Positions 11,839 to 24,949 of a DNA stretch of 64,000 nt are shown piece after piece (position 1 is the stretch's first letter; every line of letters starts with the position of its first letter). This DNA comes from Octopus vulgaris (taxonomy: Eukaryota), in contig OX597823.1 in NCBI GenBank assembly GCA_951406725.2, positions 95,728,001 through 95,792,000 of the forward strand, written 5' to 3'. Made by a program: the position numbers and the translations under genes. The notes below the pieces were generated by a model, which worked only from the letters and a program-made list of their open reading frames with translations, was not told the origin of the DNA and searched no databases.

Positions 11839-13472
11839 TGGTATGACTTGACTTTTATATAACATCCAAAATCAAATGTCACTTCTGTGAATTTTAATCA
11901 GTTAAAGTTGCAATCTCAATATATTATCTGTACTTAGGTTTGCTAATTTTATGATAAAGGTCACAAGTTAAAAATCTTCTCATCATTATATCAGTGTGTC
12001 CTCAAACAAAAGACACATTACTTGTTAAAATCTAGAGCAAAACTTTGAAAAATAATTTTTGTTAAAATGTTAAAACCCCCAACACTAAACTGAGAGTGAC
12101 CTTGAAGGTAGGACTACCTTCTTGCCGAGCACTGCTGCTGTTACTGCTGGTGGTGATGGGGATGAAGCAGAGAAAGAGGAGAGAAAAAAGATGCATTTGT
12201 CCAAATGTGAATTTATTTCTGGGATTTAGCTAATAGATGTTACCCACATTGGTAAATAGTATTTTTTTTTTTTTGAAAGTCCATAAAGCACAGACACTAG
12301 AACTTAAATGTAGATGCCAAGAATGGGAAATGTTGAAAGAAATGCAGGACTCCACAGGTAATCTGTGTTGGTCTGTAGATGCGAGTTCTGGTGCTAATTG
12401 CAGGAAATGTCAAGAAGATGTTTGGAGCTTTTCCCCAAAACACACATACTGTGTACAACCTACAAATGGATGGAGGGAGTTTGACTGAGATCCATGCTAC
12501 TACCGTAGCAACTGATGAGCTGCTAGAGTAACATATAAGGGGTTGCTTGACACAGTAACACATACGTTTAAATATATATATGTGTGTGTATGTGTGCCGC
12601 TGGCACGTAAAAAGCACCTACTACACTCTCAGACTGGTTGGTGTTAGGAAGGGCATCCAGCTGTAGAAGTCTTGCCAGATCAGATTGGAGCCTGGTGCAG
12701 CATCCTGGGTTCCCAGACCCTAATTGAACCATCCAACCCATGCCAGCATGGAAAACAGACATTAAATGATGATGATGGTCATGATATATATATATGCACA
12801 TACATATATCTGTCCACTGATTTATATATATTTATAGATATATACACACACATTCATTTGCCCACTAACCTACATATATATATATCTACCTAGTGACCCA
12901 TACACACACACACACACACATACATATATGGGTCAAGGGCAGACAACAACTAGTGGTCACTTGGCATCAGTGATGGAGACAGCAACCTATGTTATAGAGT
13001 GGAATCTGGTAAGGTATCAACAAAGAAGATTATGGCCAGCAGATAATGTGGTGGAATGGGATGGGAGTGAAGAGACGATACTATTGTTCTGTCATCCACT
13101 CTTGCATATAAACAGTAATAATAATAACAAATAATAACAATCATAATTTGCATAACGGACCCATTCAATAAGCTTGGGTATCTTTTTAACTGCTTTGTTG
13201 CCATAAAACTTTTTGCTTTCAACTTTATCTCCATGTTGTCACTGTACATGTTTATTTATTTTCATTGGAAATGTTAAAACGCACTAATTATACAACAATA
13301 AATGGTTTTTCTGTGTTGTGGGCCATTTTCGTTGTCTGTTTAGGAGAGAAGGTCTTTTTTATTATTTTTTTTTCTGTTTTTATTTGTTGTTCATTTGTTT
13401 ATTCATTGATTTGACATTTCTAAGAAGTGTCATCTCTTTATTTGACTCACTGCATTTTTGTCTTTTGCACAG

Positions 13473-13582
13473 CTTCTATCTACCGTATTGGAAGTGCTCA
13501 GTCGGACAGCAGTGGTTATGTAGAATCTGACAGTCTGGTGGAGCCACCAATGTCCTATCTTGATGCATTGTCAGCCAATGAT
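13473..13582 (+). CDS. ITPRID2: ITPRID2/SSFA2-like exon (SIYRIGSAQSDSSGYVESD...)
   Basis: ttttgcacag acceptor, gtaatt donor, phase 1 to 0; QSDSSGY.E resembles the SDSSGF.E motif of KRAP/SSFA2-family proteins. Confidence 0.85.
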
Positions 13583-14038
13583 GTAATTATGGGATTTTTT
13601 TTTTACTTTCTTCTTTCATTTAAAACAAAAAAATTTATTTTACAGACTAAATTAATATTAATCGATGTTTTAATTTTATTTCAGATTCTGTCTTTAATCA
13701 TTTTTGTTTTGTTGCTAACTGTCGCCCCACATCATCATCGTTGTCATCATTAAACTTAATTTTGTGTCTGTTGTTCCCTGAGTGGCCCTAATCGTCCCCC
13801 TGCATCATCTCCACCTCTTTTCCACCTGACCCTTGCTTTACCCCTTATGTACATGCTACTCCCTTCACAATGGTAACGGTTAATCCTGTAGGCTCCCAAA
13901 CTGCTGCTTATGTCATTAAAAACAAGAAATATATCCAGGTTTATATTGAATACACACCAGGTATACACATGCATCTGCACCTAGCCATGCACATACGCAC
14001 ACACACACACTTGCACAAATTTGTCTGTCTCACTCTCT

Positions 14039-14671
14039 TCTATAATATAAATTGGACATGGGCGATCGTTGTATTCTTTCTTGTCTTAAGGTTCACAGGC
14101 AAATGGTTGGGTGGATTCGCATGAAAAATGGCACACATGTGGAGACGGGTGCATAGATTGGAATGTGGCGTGTATTTTTTTCCTAGACCCCATAGTTACT
14201 GAGAAAATTGATTAAAACTTTTCTAATGGAATTCCCCACTTTCTTCCACCATTAACCCTTTAGTGTTCAGATTAATCTGTTAAATGTAATACTTTTTTCG
14301 CTCAAATTATTTTCAATTAATCATACATTATCTTACAGCTTTGAAGTTTCAATGGTGTGATAGTTTATTCTTAGAATGTCAATGTAGGTTAGGTGTGAGG
14401 GGTTAGATATGGCCAGTTTGAATGTAAACATGTAGGATATTTGGGCCGGATATGGCCGGCTTAAACACCAAAGGGTTAAAACACCCAGTTGCTTAGAAGC
14501 TGTTTTCTGACATGGTGGGGTCAGGAAATTTTCATACAGCTGGAGGCTCCAATCGAAACAGGGGACCCGAAATGATAAGGTTGAGAAACGCTGTTATAGA
14601 TTATGCCTAACCGAAAATGATCACAGCCTCGTCATCCAAACAGACCGGGTGAAACCGGACTTAGCTGCTAG
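14039..14671 (+). mobile_element. Non-autonomous Helitron
   Basis: 5' TCTATAATATAAA; 3' hairpin CCGGGTGAAACCGG followed by ACTTAGCTGCTAG|T; second copy on minus at 41963-42562. Confidence 0.75.
14256..14475. mobile_element. piggyBac-type MITE nested in the Helitron
   Basis: TTAA|CCCTTTAGTGTT ... AACACCAAAGGG|TTAA: TTAA TSD and CCC-start TIRs. Confidence 0.8.
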
Positions 14672-14782
14672 TCACATATATAACAAACATTGTATCTCTC
14701 TACTCTCTCTCGTCTCTCTGCCTGTCTGTTTGTTTCTTTCCCAGCAAAGATGTCCACTCTCATCTTATCTTGTATCTTCCAG

Positions 14783-15520
14783 GTTGGCGATCGAGGAGCT
14801 TATGACAGCAGTGAAGCCATCCATGGAGGAATCTGCAAACGACTCAGCATCAATTCAGATACAACAGTCAAAGACCTTGCTGCTTCTTCATCTTCATCTT
14901 CTTCACAGTGTCCTTGTGATAAATCTGTTGGCACTGAACAAATCTTTAAGTCTGACCGGGCTGTTTCTACTGACCCCTTCCCAAAACAAACCATGGCCAG
15001 TCAGACGGACACCTGTTGTTTCTGTTCTTGGTGTGCTAGCCCCAACCAAGTTTGTGCACATCTACACTCTTCCGTACCTTACCAGACTACAGTTCCTACT
15101 GCATACGGTATGTCTCTCCACATCGATGCCTCAAATAATTTCTCCCCCATAACAGACCCGACTTCAGGAACGAGCCCTCGCTCGGCGAGCAAAAAGGAAA
15201 CTTCTGTTCTCAATTTGTTCATCTCTGACGGAAATATTTTGTTCTGTGATAATGATTCTAACAATAATCAAAAATGGAAAGATGATGATGTTGATGGTTC
15301 TACAAGATCAGGTTGCAGTTACAGGGAGCTGGAATCCACTGGAACTAATCAGCCGGAGAGTCAACTCTGTAAGGGACATCAGAACTACCATTATAAAGAT
15401 ACTGATTCGCCGTTTGGTCTGCTGAGTAGTCGTTCCATAAGCTGGAGAGAAGAGACAAGCAAAAATGTGATAGAATACAGAAAACTTTTAAAACTCACGA
15501 ATCGGAAGACATTTATACAA
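14783..15520 (+). CDS. ITPRID2: ITPRID2/SSFA2-like large Ser-rich exon (246 codons)
   Basis: ttccag acceptor, gtaagt donor, open frame within ORF 14690-15532, phase 0 to 0. Confidence 0.88.
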
Positions 15521-16254
15521 GTAAGTTGGTAATATCTTTGATTTGTGTACATGTGGCACATCCATATGCAAGTGTGTGTGTGTGTGTGTGTGCATCGTTC
15601 TTTTTCTTGGGGCACCACCTTGAAGAATTCTGAGTCAATCGAATCAAGCCCAGAGCTTATTTTTTTAAACCCCGATACTTATTCTATTGGTTTCTTTTGT
15701 TGAACTGCTAAGTTACAGGAACATAAAACACACCAACATCTGTTGACAAGCAGTGATGGGGCACAAACACAGACTCAAAGACACACACACACACACGATG
15801 GACTTCTTTCAGTTGCCATCTACTGAATTCACTCACATGGCTTTGATCAGCTTGAGGCTATAATAAAAGACACTTGTCCAAAGTGTCATGCATTCCACAC
15901 AATGGGACTGAACCCAGAACCATGTGGTTGGGAAGCAAACTTCTTACCATACAGCCAAGCCTGTGCCTATAATGTTGACTTCTAACCTAGACACAAAGCC
16001 ACAAATCTTAGAAAAGAGAGAAGTCAATGAAATCAACCCCAGTATTTGTCTGGTATTTATTTTACCAGCTCTTGAAAGATCAAGAGCAAAATCCGTTTCA
16101 GTAGGAAAATAGGAAGGACATAACCTGTAGCCTTTTTGTAGAAATTCAACAAAATAATTTTTATGTGTCAGTGCAGCACTGGGGTTGATGTGACTGGTCC
16201 TTGCTACAATGTGTAGCCTTCAGCTTATGTTATAAATCAATTATATTATTAATG

Positions 16255-16470
16255 TGCCAAGTTGGCAGAATCGTTAGCATGCCAGGCAAATTATTTAACA
16301 GCATTCCATTCATCTTTATGTTCTGAGTTCAAATTCCGTTGAGGTCAACTTTGCCTTTCATCCTTTCAGGGCCAATAAAATAAGTACCAGTTGAATACTG
16401 GGGTTGATGTAATTGACTTGACCCCCTCCTTGAAACTGCTGGCCTTGTGCCAAAATTTGAAATCAGTATT
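16255..16470 (+). mobile_element. Nin-domain-type SINE
   Basis: GAGTTCAAATTCCG..GAGGTCAACTTTGCCTTTCATCCTTTC.GGG...ATAAAATAAGTACCAGT; further copies at about 7320-7445(-), 39600-39815(-), 40200-40520, 49090-49230, 57620-57790, 62710-62930. Confidence 0.7.
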
Positions 16471-16518
16471 ATAAGATAATGACTAAGTAAATTCTTTTTC
16501 TTTTATTTCTGTTTCTAG

Positions 16519-16596
16519 TCTTTTGTAAATAATCCGTTCCTGCCATACACTCCTCGTGTCAAAATTGAAATTTGGGCAGAAAAACCAATCAACACG
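16519..16596 (+). CDS. ITPRID2: ITPRID2/SSFA2-like exon (SFVNNPFLPYTPRVKIEIWAEKPINT)
   Basis: tttctag acceptor, gtaaat donor, 78 nt, phase 0 to 0. Confidence 0.8.
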
Positions 16597-17823
16597 GTAA
16601 ATATAGTTGGTTTCTTCCTTTTTTGTTGTATACAGTTTTAAAAAAATGTAATTTTTGAGTGTCTCTCTGCCTGTGTTTATGTATTTGCGTGTGTCTACAT
16701 GCAGCCCCTATGCATAAATGATGTATGCCTTGTCTTACCTTTTTCTATCCTCTTTGCTGAGGGTCAGGGACCATGAATACATTCCTCTCCGTCAATTTCT
16801 ACCTGTGGCCATGGATCTACATTCAGCCAGTGATCAAATGGTCCATTCCTTGATATCATCCAGCTAGCATCTTCTCAATTTCCCCCCTTTTTTTGTTTCC
16901 CATTGACTCTTCCTTTTAGGATGTGGGCCCTGATGATATGCCCAGAATCCTGCTGCTTTCTCTTCCTAACAGTTGCTAAAAATTCTCTTTTTGTTCCCAT
17001 TTCCTCAAGTACTAACTTGTTTGTTCAATGGTTAGTCCAGCTGATCCTTGGAACTCTTTGGTTCCAAATACTTTGAGTTTGGCAATGTCGTTTGTTCTTA
17101 GGGTCCAGCTTTCACATCTTTACAGTGCAACAGATTGTATGGATGGACAGATGGACCTACCATAATTCAATCAGGTGTGAGAAAAAAAGCATGAACATCA
17201 CAACATCCACAGTTCAACTTAATTATAATTATGAAGCTTGTGATAAAACAATTTAGGGATCGAGTTTGTTGTTGTCATACATATTATCCAGGAAAATCCA
17301 GAATCTTTATGAAATGATCATCCTCTTTTAATGTCCATGTGCGCTGCTGGTATGGGTTGACAGTTTGAGAGAATCCCCTGGGTCTGAAAACTGCATCATG
17401 CCCCAGTCTCTGCTTGAGCATTGTCTCTAGAGCTGGATGTCCTTCATAACACCAACCCCTTCACAGGGTGGACTGGAGACATTTTTCATGGCACCAGCAC
17501 TAATGAGGTTGCCACATGTCTTGCAATGCTATGAGCCCTGAGGGAACCGGTTTTATATGAGAAGATGATGGACAAAAATGGGTAAAAGTATGCGAGACGG
17601 GGCCAGAGCAGAGGAGCTACATGGCTTCTCACATTTTAGAAGAGAGGGTGGGAAAAACCAGGATAGAGCCAGAGGGTTAAAATTGTGGTAATGAAGTGTC
17701 AAGGAGGACTTATGTACAAAGTCTTTTTATTTAATCACGTTTTAGGTTTGAAAACTTGTGTGTGTGTGTTGTTTGTTTTGTTTTGTTTTGAAACACCTAA
17801 ACATCCTGGCAATTTAATTGCAG

Positions 17824-17951
17824 CACCTGCAGGAAGAGAACCAGCTAATGCAACATGCTGTTCAACGTTATAAGTTTGATTTACAAATAATAGAAAGTAC
17901 TTTTTTATCCTGTTATAACCACATGGCTGAGTTGTTATCTGACGAGGAGAC
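17824..17951 (+). CDS. ITPRID2: ITPRID2/SSFA2-like exon, start of the C-terminal coiled-coil region (HLQEENQLMQHAVQRYKFDLQIIESTFLSCYNHMAELLSDEE)
   Basis: ttgcag acceptor (alternative in-frame acceptor at 17833), gtaagt donor, phase 0 to 2; recalls the SSFA2 C-terminal region. Confidence 0.85.
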
Positions 17952-19557
17952 GTAAGTGGCTTTCTGTCTTCCTTCTTTCCGTCTTTCATTTTTATCTTTT
18001 ATCTCTTGAAATTTCTCTCTGCCTTGCGCTGGAGCTTATCTATGTTTCCAGTATGTTGTGTGAATGTGCTTTATCTCTAAAGCCCTAGGATGGTGGAGTG
18101 GTGGAGCATTTAGTGATGTTATCAAGAAAATCTATTACTGAATAGAAAATTGTCTTCCAGGTAAAAGCTATTCCTGGTAACTCAGTGAAGTGAAGCAGTG
18201 CAGAACAAATTGTTGCCCAACTCAGGAATCATTAGCTTAATTAACTCTTAATCCATGTGACTGTTTTGCCATTGTATTATTATTATTATTATTCAGTAGC
18301 TTTATTTTTATAATGTGCTTTCACTTCACTACCGAGCACAGCTCTGTGCACCTTGGGTATGTGCTGTGGTTTGCTGTGATGCTGTAAACCACAGCACATA
18401 TCCAAGGCACTCAGAGCTGCACTCGGTAGTGAAGTGAAAGCTCGTTATAAAATATAAAACTACTACTACTACTATTATTATTATTATTATTATTATTCTT
18501 TTAATATAAAATATAAAAGCTGTTGCAAATTGCAAGGAATCAGCTACATATTTCATGGTACCTTATCTAGTTTCTTAAAGAAGTCTGGCTCGTTAGAGGC
18601 TGGGGTGTTAATTTAGTCTCATTAGCAATAATATCAATTAATACAGATTCATATATCAGTCACCTTTTTCCAAGAAGTGTTCTTCTTAGTAATCAAGGTG
18701 TGTTGGAATATTTTTTAGTTGAATTAAAAGAAGACACCTTGCTGAGATTCTTCATACCTGAGACAACTATCCACCACACAATCTTAAGACAAAAAGACAC
18801 ACACATGTATCTGTGTGTGTTTGTGTGTGTGTGTGTGTTTGTAGGTATCAACAAGTCACTCATCAATGATGTTGCACTTTACTCCTGCCTCATCAAAACC
18901 TCGAGACAAGCTGTAACTACTTTTGTTGCTTATCATCATCATCATCATAATAGAATTTCGTTTTCCTTGCTGGCATGGATTGGATGGTTTAACAGGAGCT
19001 GGCAAGGCTGGAGGGCTGCACCAGGCTCCACTTGTCTGTTCTAGCACGGTTTCTATAGCTGGATGCCCTTCCTAATGCCAACCACTTTACAGAGTGGGCT
19101 GGGTACTTTTTACGTAGTAACATAACTGACAGTGTCACCAAGTACCTTACAAGACAAAACCCCTTCAACTAGGAGGTGGTGGGGTAGTATTCAGTGGGTG
19201 TGGTTTTGTGCCTGTTGAGAGATTAAAGGTGTGGCGGGGACAGATAATGGTGTCTTGCTGTAGAATAAATACATGGATATCCCAACTGGAACACAAAGGA
19301 GAATGAGTTGGAGGTTAAGTAAAACATTAAGAACCAAATACGCTTTACTAAGACTAAACCACAATGCAATTGATGGGATTTGAGCTCTTCACCTTTCCTT
19401 CTGCAGACTGCTTTTTGTAGGAACTCTACTAGCTGTGTACAAAAATGTCGATTGTAGTTAAACTTGATTGCAATTTATAAGCAGGGCTTTTCAGCCGATC
19501 TGTCACTTCTTTCAACGTTGATTGTTAAACAAATGTTTATGTCTGTCACGTTTCTAG

Positions 19558-19705
19558 GTTAATGATGGACGAACTGTATGAGTTGTGGACAGCTGTTAAC
19601 ATTGAGGTTGGTCATCTCGAGAAACTGTTAGCTGAACGACAATATTTTGTGAGGAATGGAAGCAGTCAACTGACCACTTTGACATCACTCCAGGTTATTC
19701 CGTTG
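19558..19705 (+). CDS. ITPRID2: ITPRID2/SSFA2-like exon (LMMDELYELWTAVNIEVGHLEKLLAERQ...QVIPL)
   Basis: tttctag acceptor, gtaagt donor, phase 2 to 0, heptad pattern. Confidence 0.88.
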
Positions 19706-19951
19706 GTAAGTCAGTAGCAATTTGTATTTAAATGACTGCTGGTTTGTTATTGGTTGTCCTTTAATTGTATTTAGCTTCAAGGTTTGTAAAACAGGCTTAG
19801 GGGATCAAATCTTACCAAAGTAGTTATAGACATGTAAAATACAGTACATTAGAAAAATGTAAATTTTAGTTCTTAGGATATATAAAATGAAGGAAAAAAA
19901 TGTAGTATTATTTACATTTGATGGATATTTGTCCTCATTTTGATTATTGTT

Positions 19952-19997
19952 AATACAACGTTTCGGCTAATATACCCTCCAGCCTTCATCAGCTGTC
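19952..19997 (-). ncRNA. Type I minimal hammerhead motif (family A)
   Basis: Reverse complement reads GACAG-CUGAUGA-A-GGCUG-gagggtatat-UAGCC-GAAACGUU-GUAUU; core intact, stem I weakened. Confidence 0.7.
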
Positions 19998-20059
19998 TTG
20001 GGAGAATTTCAAACCTGGGTTCCCATTCCTAAGGTAAATTTTCGATGTTGTTGTTGTTG

Positions 20060-20118
<59 letters not shown>

Positions 20119-20306
20119 GTTATTATTCAGGTCACTGCTTGGAATCAAACTCAGAATCTTGGGGTTAAGAGTGTGGGCTACTAATCCCAAGATTCTGACT
20201 TTGATTCCAAGCAGTGGCCTGAATAATAATAATATTAATAATAACAACAACAACAACATCGAAAAATACCTTAGGAATGAGAACCCAGGTTTGAAATTTC
20301 CCCCAA

Positions 20307-20352
20307 GACACCTGAAGAAGGCTGGAGGGTATATCAGCCGAAAGGTTGTGTT
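20307..20352 (+). ncRNA. Type I minimal hammerhead motif (family A)
   Basis: GACAC-CUGAAGA-A-GGCUG-gagggtatat-CAGCC-GAAA-GG-UU-GUGUU; core, stem I and stem II intact. Confidence 0.75.
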
Positions 20353-22477
20353 AACAACAAACAAGATGAGGACAAATATCCGTCAAATGTAAATAATGTA
20401 CATAATGTGGTCCTAATGTATCCTAAATATAGTGTCTGACTCTGATGACTGGGCACTCCATTGGTTCTGGATGACGAGTGTTCCAGTTGATCTGATCAAC
20501 AAAGTAGACTACTTGTGAAATTGACATGCAAATGGCTGAGTATACCACAGACATGCATACCCTTTGCGTTGTTATCAGGGAAATTGAACCTGATACAAAA
20601 TGTGACAACTCAGCTTTGAACCTGATACAAAATGGTACAACTCATTTTTGCCAGCTGAGTGGACTGGAGCAAGTTGAAATAAAGTGTCTTGCCCAAGGAC
20701 ACAATGTACCACCAGGAATTGAACTAGTGACTTTATAATTGTGAGCCAAACCCCGTAACCACCAAGCCATACGCCTTTACTAATATGTCCTGAATATAGT
20801 GTCTGGAGCAGCTGACATAACATCGATTTCTTCAGTCCAAGAACAGTTTTGGGAGGCAGACATTAAAGCTTGATTGAGTCTTAATAGATTTCTGGTGGTT
20901 AATTTATTTACCCTGGATTCATTAAATACCAAATTGATGCTGGTAGGATTTGAACTCTGAATGTTTGGGGAAAAAACTAAACTATCAAAAGAATTAATTC
21001 TTTTATGTGTGTGTAGCATTGCTAACTATGGTAAACCTTCTTTACACCATGGCAGAGTACAAAGACGGTTCCTGTTGCTTTCCTTCAGGTTTTTCCCCCA
21101 CAAGACACCTTCCTATTAGTTAAATAATGCTTTCAAATTTTGGCACAAGGCCAGCAATGCTTGCAGAGGAGGTAAGTCGATTACATGGACCCCAGTGCTC
21201 AACTGACCCTTATTTTATTGACTGTCCCCTATACTCCCTACCCACTCAGATACATTAATTCTATCAAATCAACAGAAATCAATAATTTTCTATCCAAGCT
21301 TCGTGCATAAACGAAGGGGTTCAGTTTTGATATTTCGAAGGAAGATTAAATACAAGACAGTTGACCCAGTAAGCAGGGCCTTAAATTCATGAGTGAACTG
21401 TAAAACTATAGTGAGGACGGACCCAAAATGGTGCATGGTTTCTCCTGATGACCCCGGAAACCTACTGCTATTCATTATGCAAAGCTTTTGATTGACACTA
21501 CTTAATCAAGCAAGCAGTTTGCAATTTTTTTTAATCTCTCAAAAACCATCAGTTGGAGTTGTCTTCCCCTGATCTCTCTGGCATTAGTTCTGCAGTGATG
21601 GGTTTGTCTCTGACTCAAACTAATTTTTTAAATGGAAGCAGATTAAATAATCCTTGGGCTTTAGATTTGTAAAAACCAATTCTTTCTTTTTATTCTTTTA
21701 CTTGTTTCAGTCATTTGACTGCAGCCATGCTGGAGCACCGCCTTTAGTTGAACAAATCGACCCTAGGACTTATTCTTTGTTAGCCTAGTACTTATTCTAT
21801 CGGTCTTTTTTGCCGAACCGCTAAGTTACGGGGACGTAAACACACCTGCATCAGTTGTCTAGCAATATTGGGGACATACACACACACACATATATATACG
21901 ATGGGTTTCTTTCAGTTTCCATTTACCAAATCCACTCACAAGGCTTTGGTTGGCCCAAGGCTATAGTACAAGACACTTGCCCAAGTTGTAATGCAGTGGG
22001 ACTGAACCCGGAGCCATGTGGTTGGTAACCAAGCTACTTACCAAACAGTCACTCTTGTGCCTATTTTATATATATTTTTTTTTTTTTAACAAGATATTAC
22101 ATTTCATACACTGACTTTATGTCCACTCAGAATTATGAATCTTAATGAAATAATTAACTCAAAATATATTCTATCATTATTGTACTTCATTGTGTCTGTC
22201 CCCTTCTCTTTGTTACTTTTTCTTCTTTATTTCCTATTTCCATCCCCTATACCAGGATTTCTGCCTGTCATAAAACAGTATAATTTTTATATTTCTCATA
22301 AGTATGGGAAACAACTCTGGACATATTTCATTTTGTTCTAACCTCATCAGCAAAGCATGATTTTTTTTTTTCCTCTCCTGATATTTATTAAAATAAATAT
22401 GTTACCAGTAAATGATTTGCTTACTTGTCATTAAAAGTCTCTCAGTTTTAATTCTAACATTTCTTTCTCTTTTGCAG

Positions 22478-22687
22478 ATGACTGACCTTCTCAAGGAACA
22501 GTTGTGTGCTTTCCAACTAAACAATGACATTTTTGAGTTGACTATGGAACCTCACCGTTCCAATCCAGTGCCGTTCTATCAGCAACCAGGATGGCAAACG
22601 CTCTCAACACAAATGCAAAATTTGCAAAGTCAAATTGCTGGCCATAATAATATGCAATCTGTTCGTTTCAATAAATCAATGGAAGAG
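22478..22687 (+). CDS. ITPRID2: ITPRID2/SSFA2-like exon (MTDLLKEQLCAF...NKSMEE)
   Basis: Strong tctcttttgcag acceptor, gtagag donor, 210 nt, phase 0 to 0. Confidence 0.85.
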
Positions 22688-24132
22688 GTAGAGTCTAAGA
22701 TTTTTAACTAGTAATCCCACACACGCACACACCTACAGGTTATCAAACAGATGGCTATGGTTGGCTTGTCCTACCACACTATCTTGCTGGAGGACACAAG
22801 TAATCTAGGTGTCCTTTGTATAACCTGTATGTTGGGAAACACACCTGGCTTCATTCACCTCAGTTGCTGGGGGATAGGTGGGGGAGGAACACATTATTTA
22901 TTTATTTTATGTCACAGTTTATGAACAATCTTGAAAGTAGAAACTCTCAATGGTTCACTGCATTTCTGATGGTGAGGAATGACAAAGGAATATGTAACCC
23001 AGTGTGACGAACTTCATTTCTAAACAAACTTTTGATTAATTAGAATATGTTTTTGATATAGTTTAACTTCTAAATACAAATTCACTGCAGCAACCATGGA
23101 GAAAAAATTTCTCTCTTATGGTAAAGGGGTAAAAACTCCATATCTTCCCCGTGACTCTCTCTAGTGGATTTTCCAGACCCACTTTAGGATCTTTAGCCTT
23201 CCTCAATGGGAAATACCTAGGCAGATTCAAAGCTGTAGCTTTAACTAAAAGGCAGTCAACATTAGTGACTGAGCTGTGCTGGTGGACCACCTGGTCAAAA
23301 TAATAATAGCAGCAGTTTGTTTATTCCTAATCACTGTTTGGTGCTGCTATTGTCATTTGTAAAGCATGTTTGGGTTTTGGGGGGTTTTTTTCTCTTACCA
23401 AAGTTTGTAGTCTCTGCTGATATAAAACAACAAAGGGGATACACACAGACTGTTTCACATAGTTGCTGTTTACTAAATTCCATTGCCAATATACTAATCA
23501 GCCCAGAGCCATGGTTGAAGACTCTGGCCCAAAGTTCCAGACAATGGGTTTAAATAGAAACCAAATGATTCTATCGTCGAGGGACACCTTTGGTTTTACT
23601 GTCCTCACTCTACCTTGTTGCCGTATGCGGTTGAGTGTCCTCTATTGAAATATTCTACTGGAAAGAAATATTGATTCAATAGTTTCACTCGTCCAACTCT
23701 TAGTTACATTGAGGGTCAAGACCTCACGGGTCTGCTTTCTTATTAACAAACAATGGATAGGTAGACATGTTAGTCCTACCATGCCCCTCACTCAATTAAA
23801 AGCAAATCCAATTAGTTGCTATAAAGAGGAGCAGAAAGACTTGTCTGTCCTTCAAAGCTTCATCATCATCATCCATTTCCCATGCTGGCATGGGTTGGAC
23901 AGTTTCACAGGAGCTGGCAAGCTGGAGAGCCGAACCAGGTTCCAATTGTCTGTTTTGGCTGGATGCCCTTCTTAGTGCCAACCTCTTTATAGAGTGTAGT
24001 GGGTACTTTTTACATAGCAACATCACATTATGTTGAAAGGAGAAAGACTGTTTTTCCCAACTTGCCCAGTCCTTCATCCCCTGCAATGGATTCTGCTGCT
24101 TGGAGTAATTTTTCTTTTATTTCTTTTTTCAG

Positions 24133-24198
24133 CTGAAAGACTCAATGATGGTGGAAATTCAAAGAAACATAACCCAAAATTTTAACCAACTCTTCATG
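24133..24198 (+). CDS. ITPRID2: ITPRID2/SSFA2-like exon (LKDSMMVEIQRNITQNFNQLFM)
   Basis: Strong acceptor, gtaagt donor, 66 nt, phase 0 to 0; recalls the IKESIVGEIRREI segment of SSFA2 (from memory). Confidence 0.85.
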
Positions 24199-24949
24199 GT
24201 AAGTCATACTAACTTGTAGGGGTGGGGGTCTCCCTAGAGCTGTGGTTTATGGTAGGTTACCAAGTAGTAAGGGATTTCCAATGAGATAATATGCTAAAAA
24301 AGAATCTTAATTTTGACTAGTCTCAGGTCTTAAACTTTAAAGCAAGGTAAAATGTGGAAGATGTGACATTTATTCCTTTCTCAAAAGCATAAATGTCACA
24401 ATAAGAGAAGTGACAATAGCTTGAACTGAAAATCAAAACTAAATTGTAATCTCAGATTGTGGGGTTTAAATCATAGAATGAGAGATAAAACAGAAAATTC
24501 TTGGAAGATAGATAGGCTTTGACAGGTGTCAAAATATCCAAAATCCAAAGAATTTAGTCATTGGTCTTTCAAGATAAATTTAGAAAACAAAATATGATAA
24601 AAACTACAACAGTGAACATCATCATTGTTTAGCATCTTTTTCCAGGCTGCCATGGGTGGGTTGGTTTGAAAGGAGCTGGTACGGCTAGGCTCTGCACCAG
24701 GCTCCAGATGTCTGTTTTGGCATTGGTTTCTATGACTGGATGCCCTTCCTAATGCCAACCACTTTACAGAGTGGACTGGGTGCTTTTTATGTTGTACCAT
24801 CACCAATAGGGTCATGTGATGAAGGAGAACAAATATATTAATGCCTGGTGTAAAGTCATTTATCATTATAAATGAAGCAAAAAGAAAGTTATAGCCATTT
24901 TGTGAAAATTCTGGCTAGTAATGGATACTGAAGGTGGGAATGTGGTTTC

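Larger units (their letters stand above)
19905..20405. mobile_element. Head-to-head inverted pair of the tRNA-(AAT)n-hammerhead unit
   Basis: Minus arm about 19905-20168 and plus arm about 20162-20405 join inside the tRNA-like head; hammerheads at 19952-19997(-) and 20307-20352(+). Confidence 0.88.

Noticed and set aside
12237-12530. ORFs 12237-12488 and 12297-12617 as exons
   Set aside because: No convincing acceptor/donor pair in a compatible phase and no recognisable protein similarity
20029-20392. Poly-Asn / poly-Leu ORFs, and similar His-Thr, Tyr-Ile, Val-Cys ORFs across the window
   Set aside because: Translations of microsatellites
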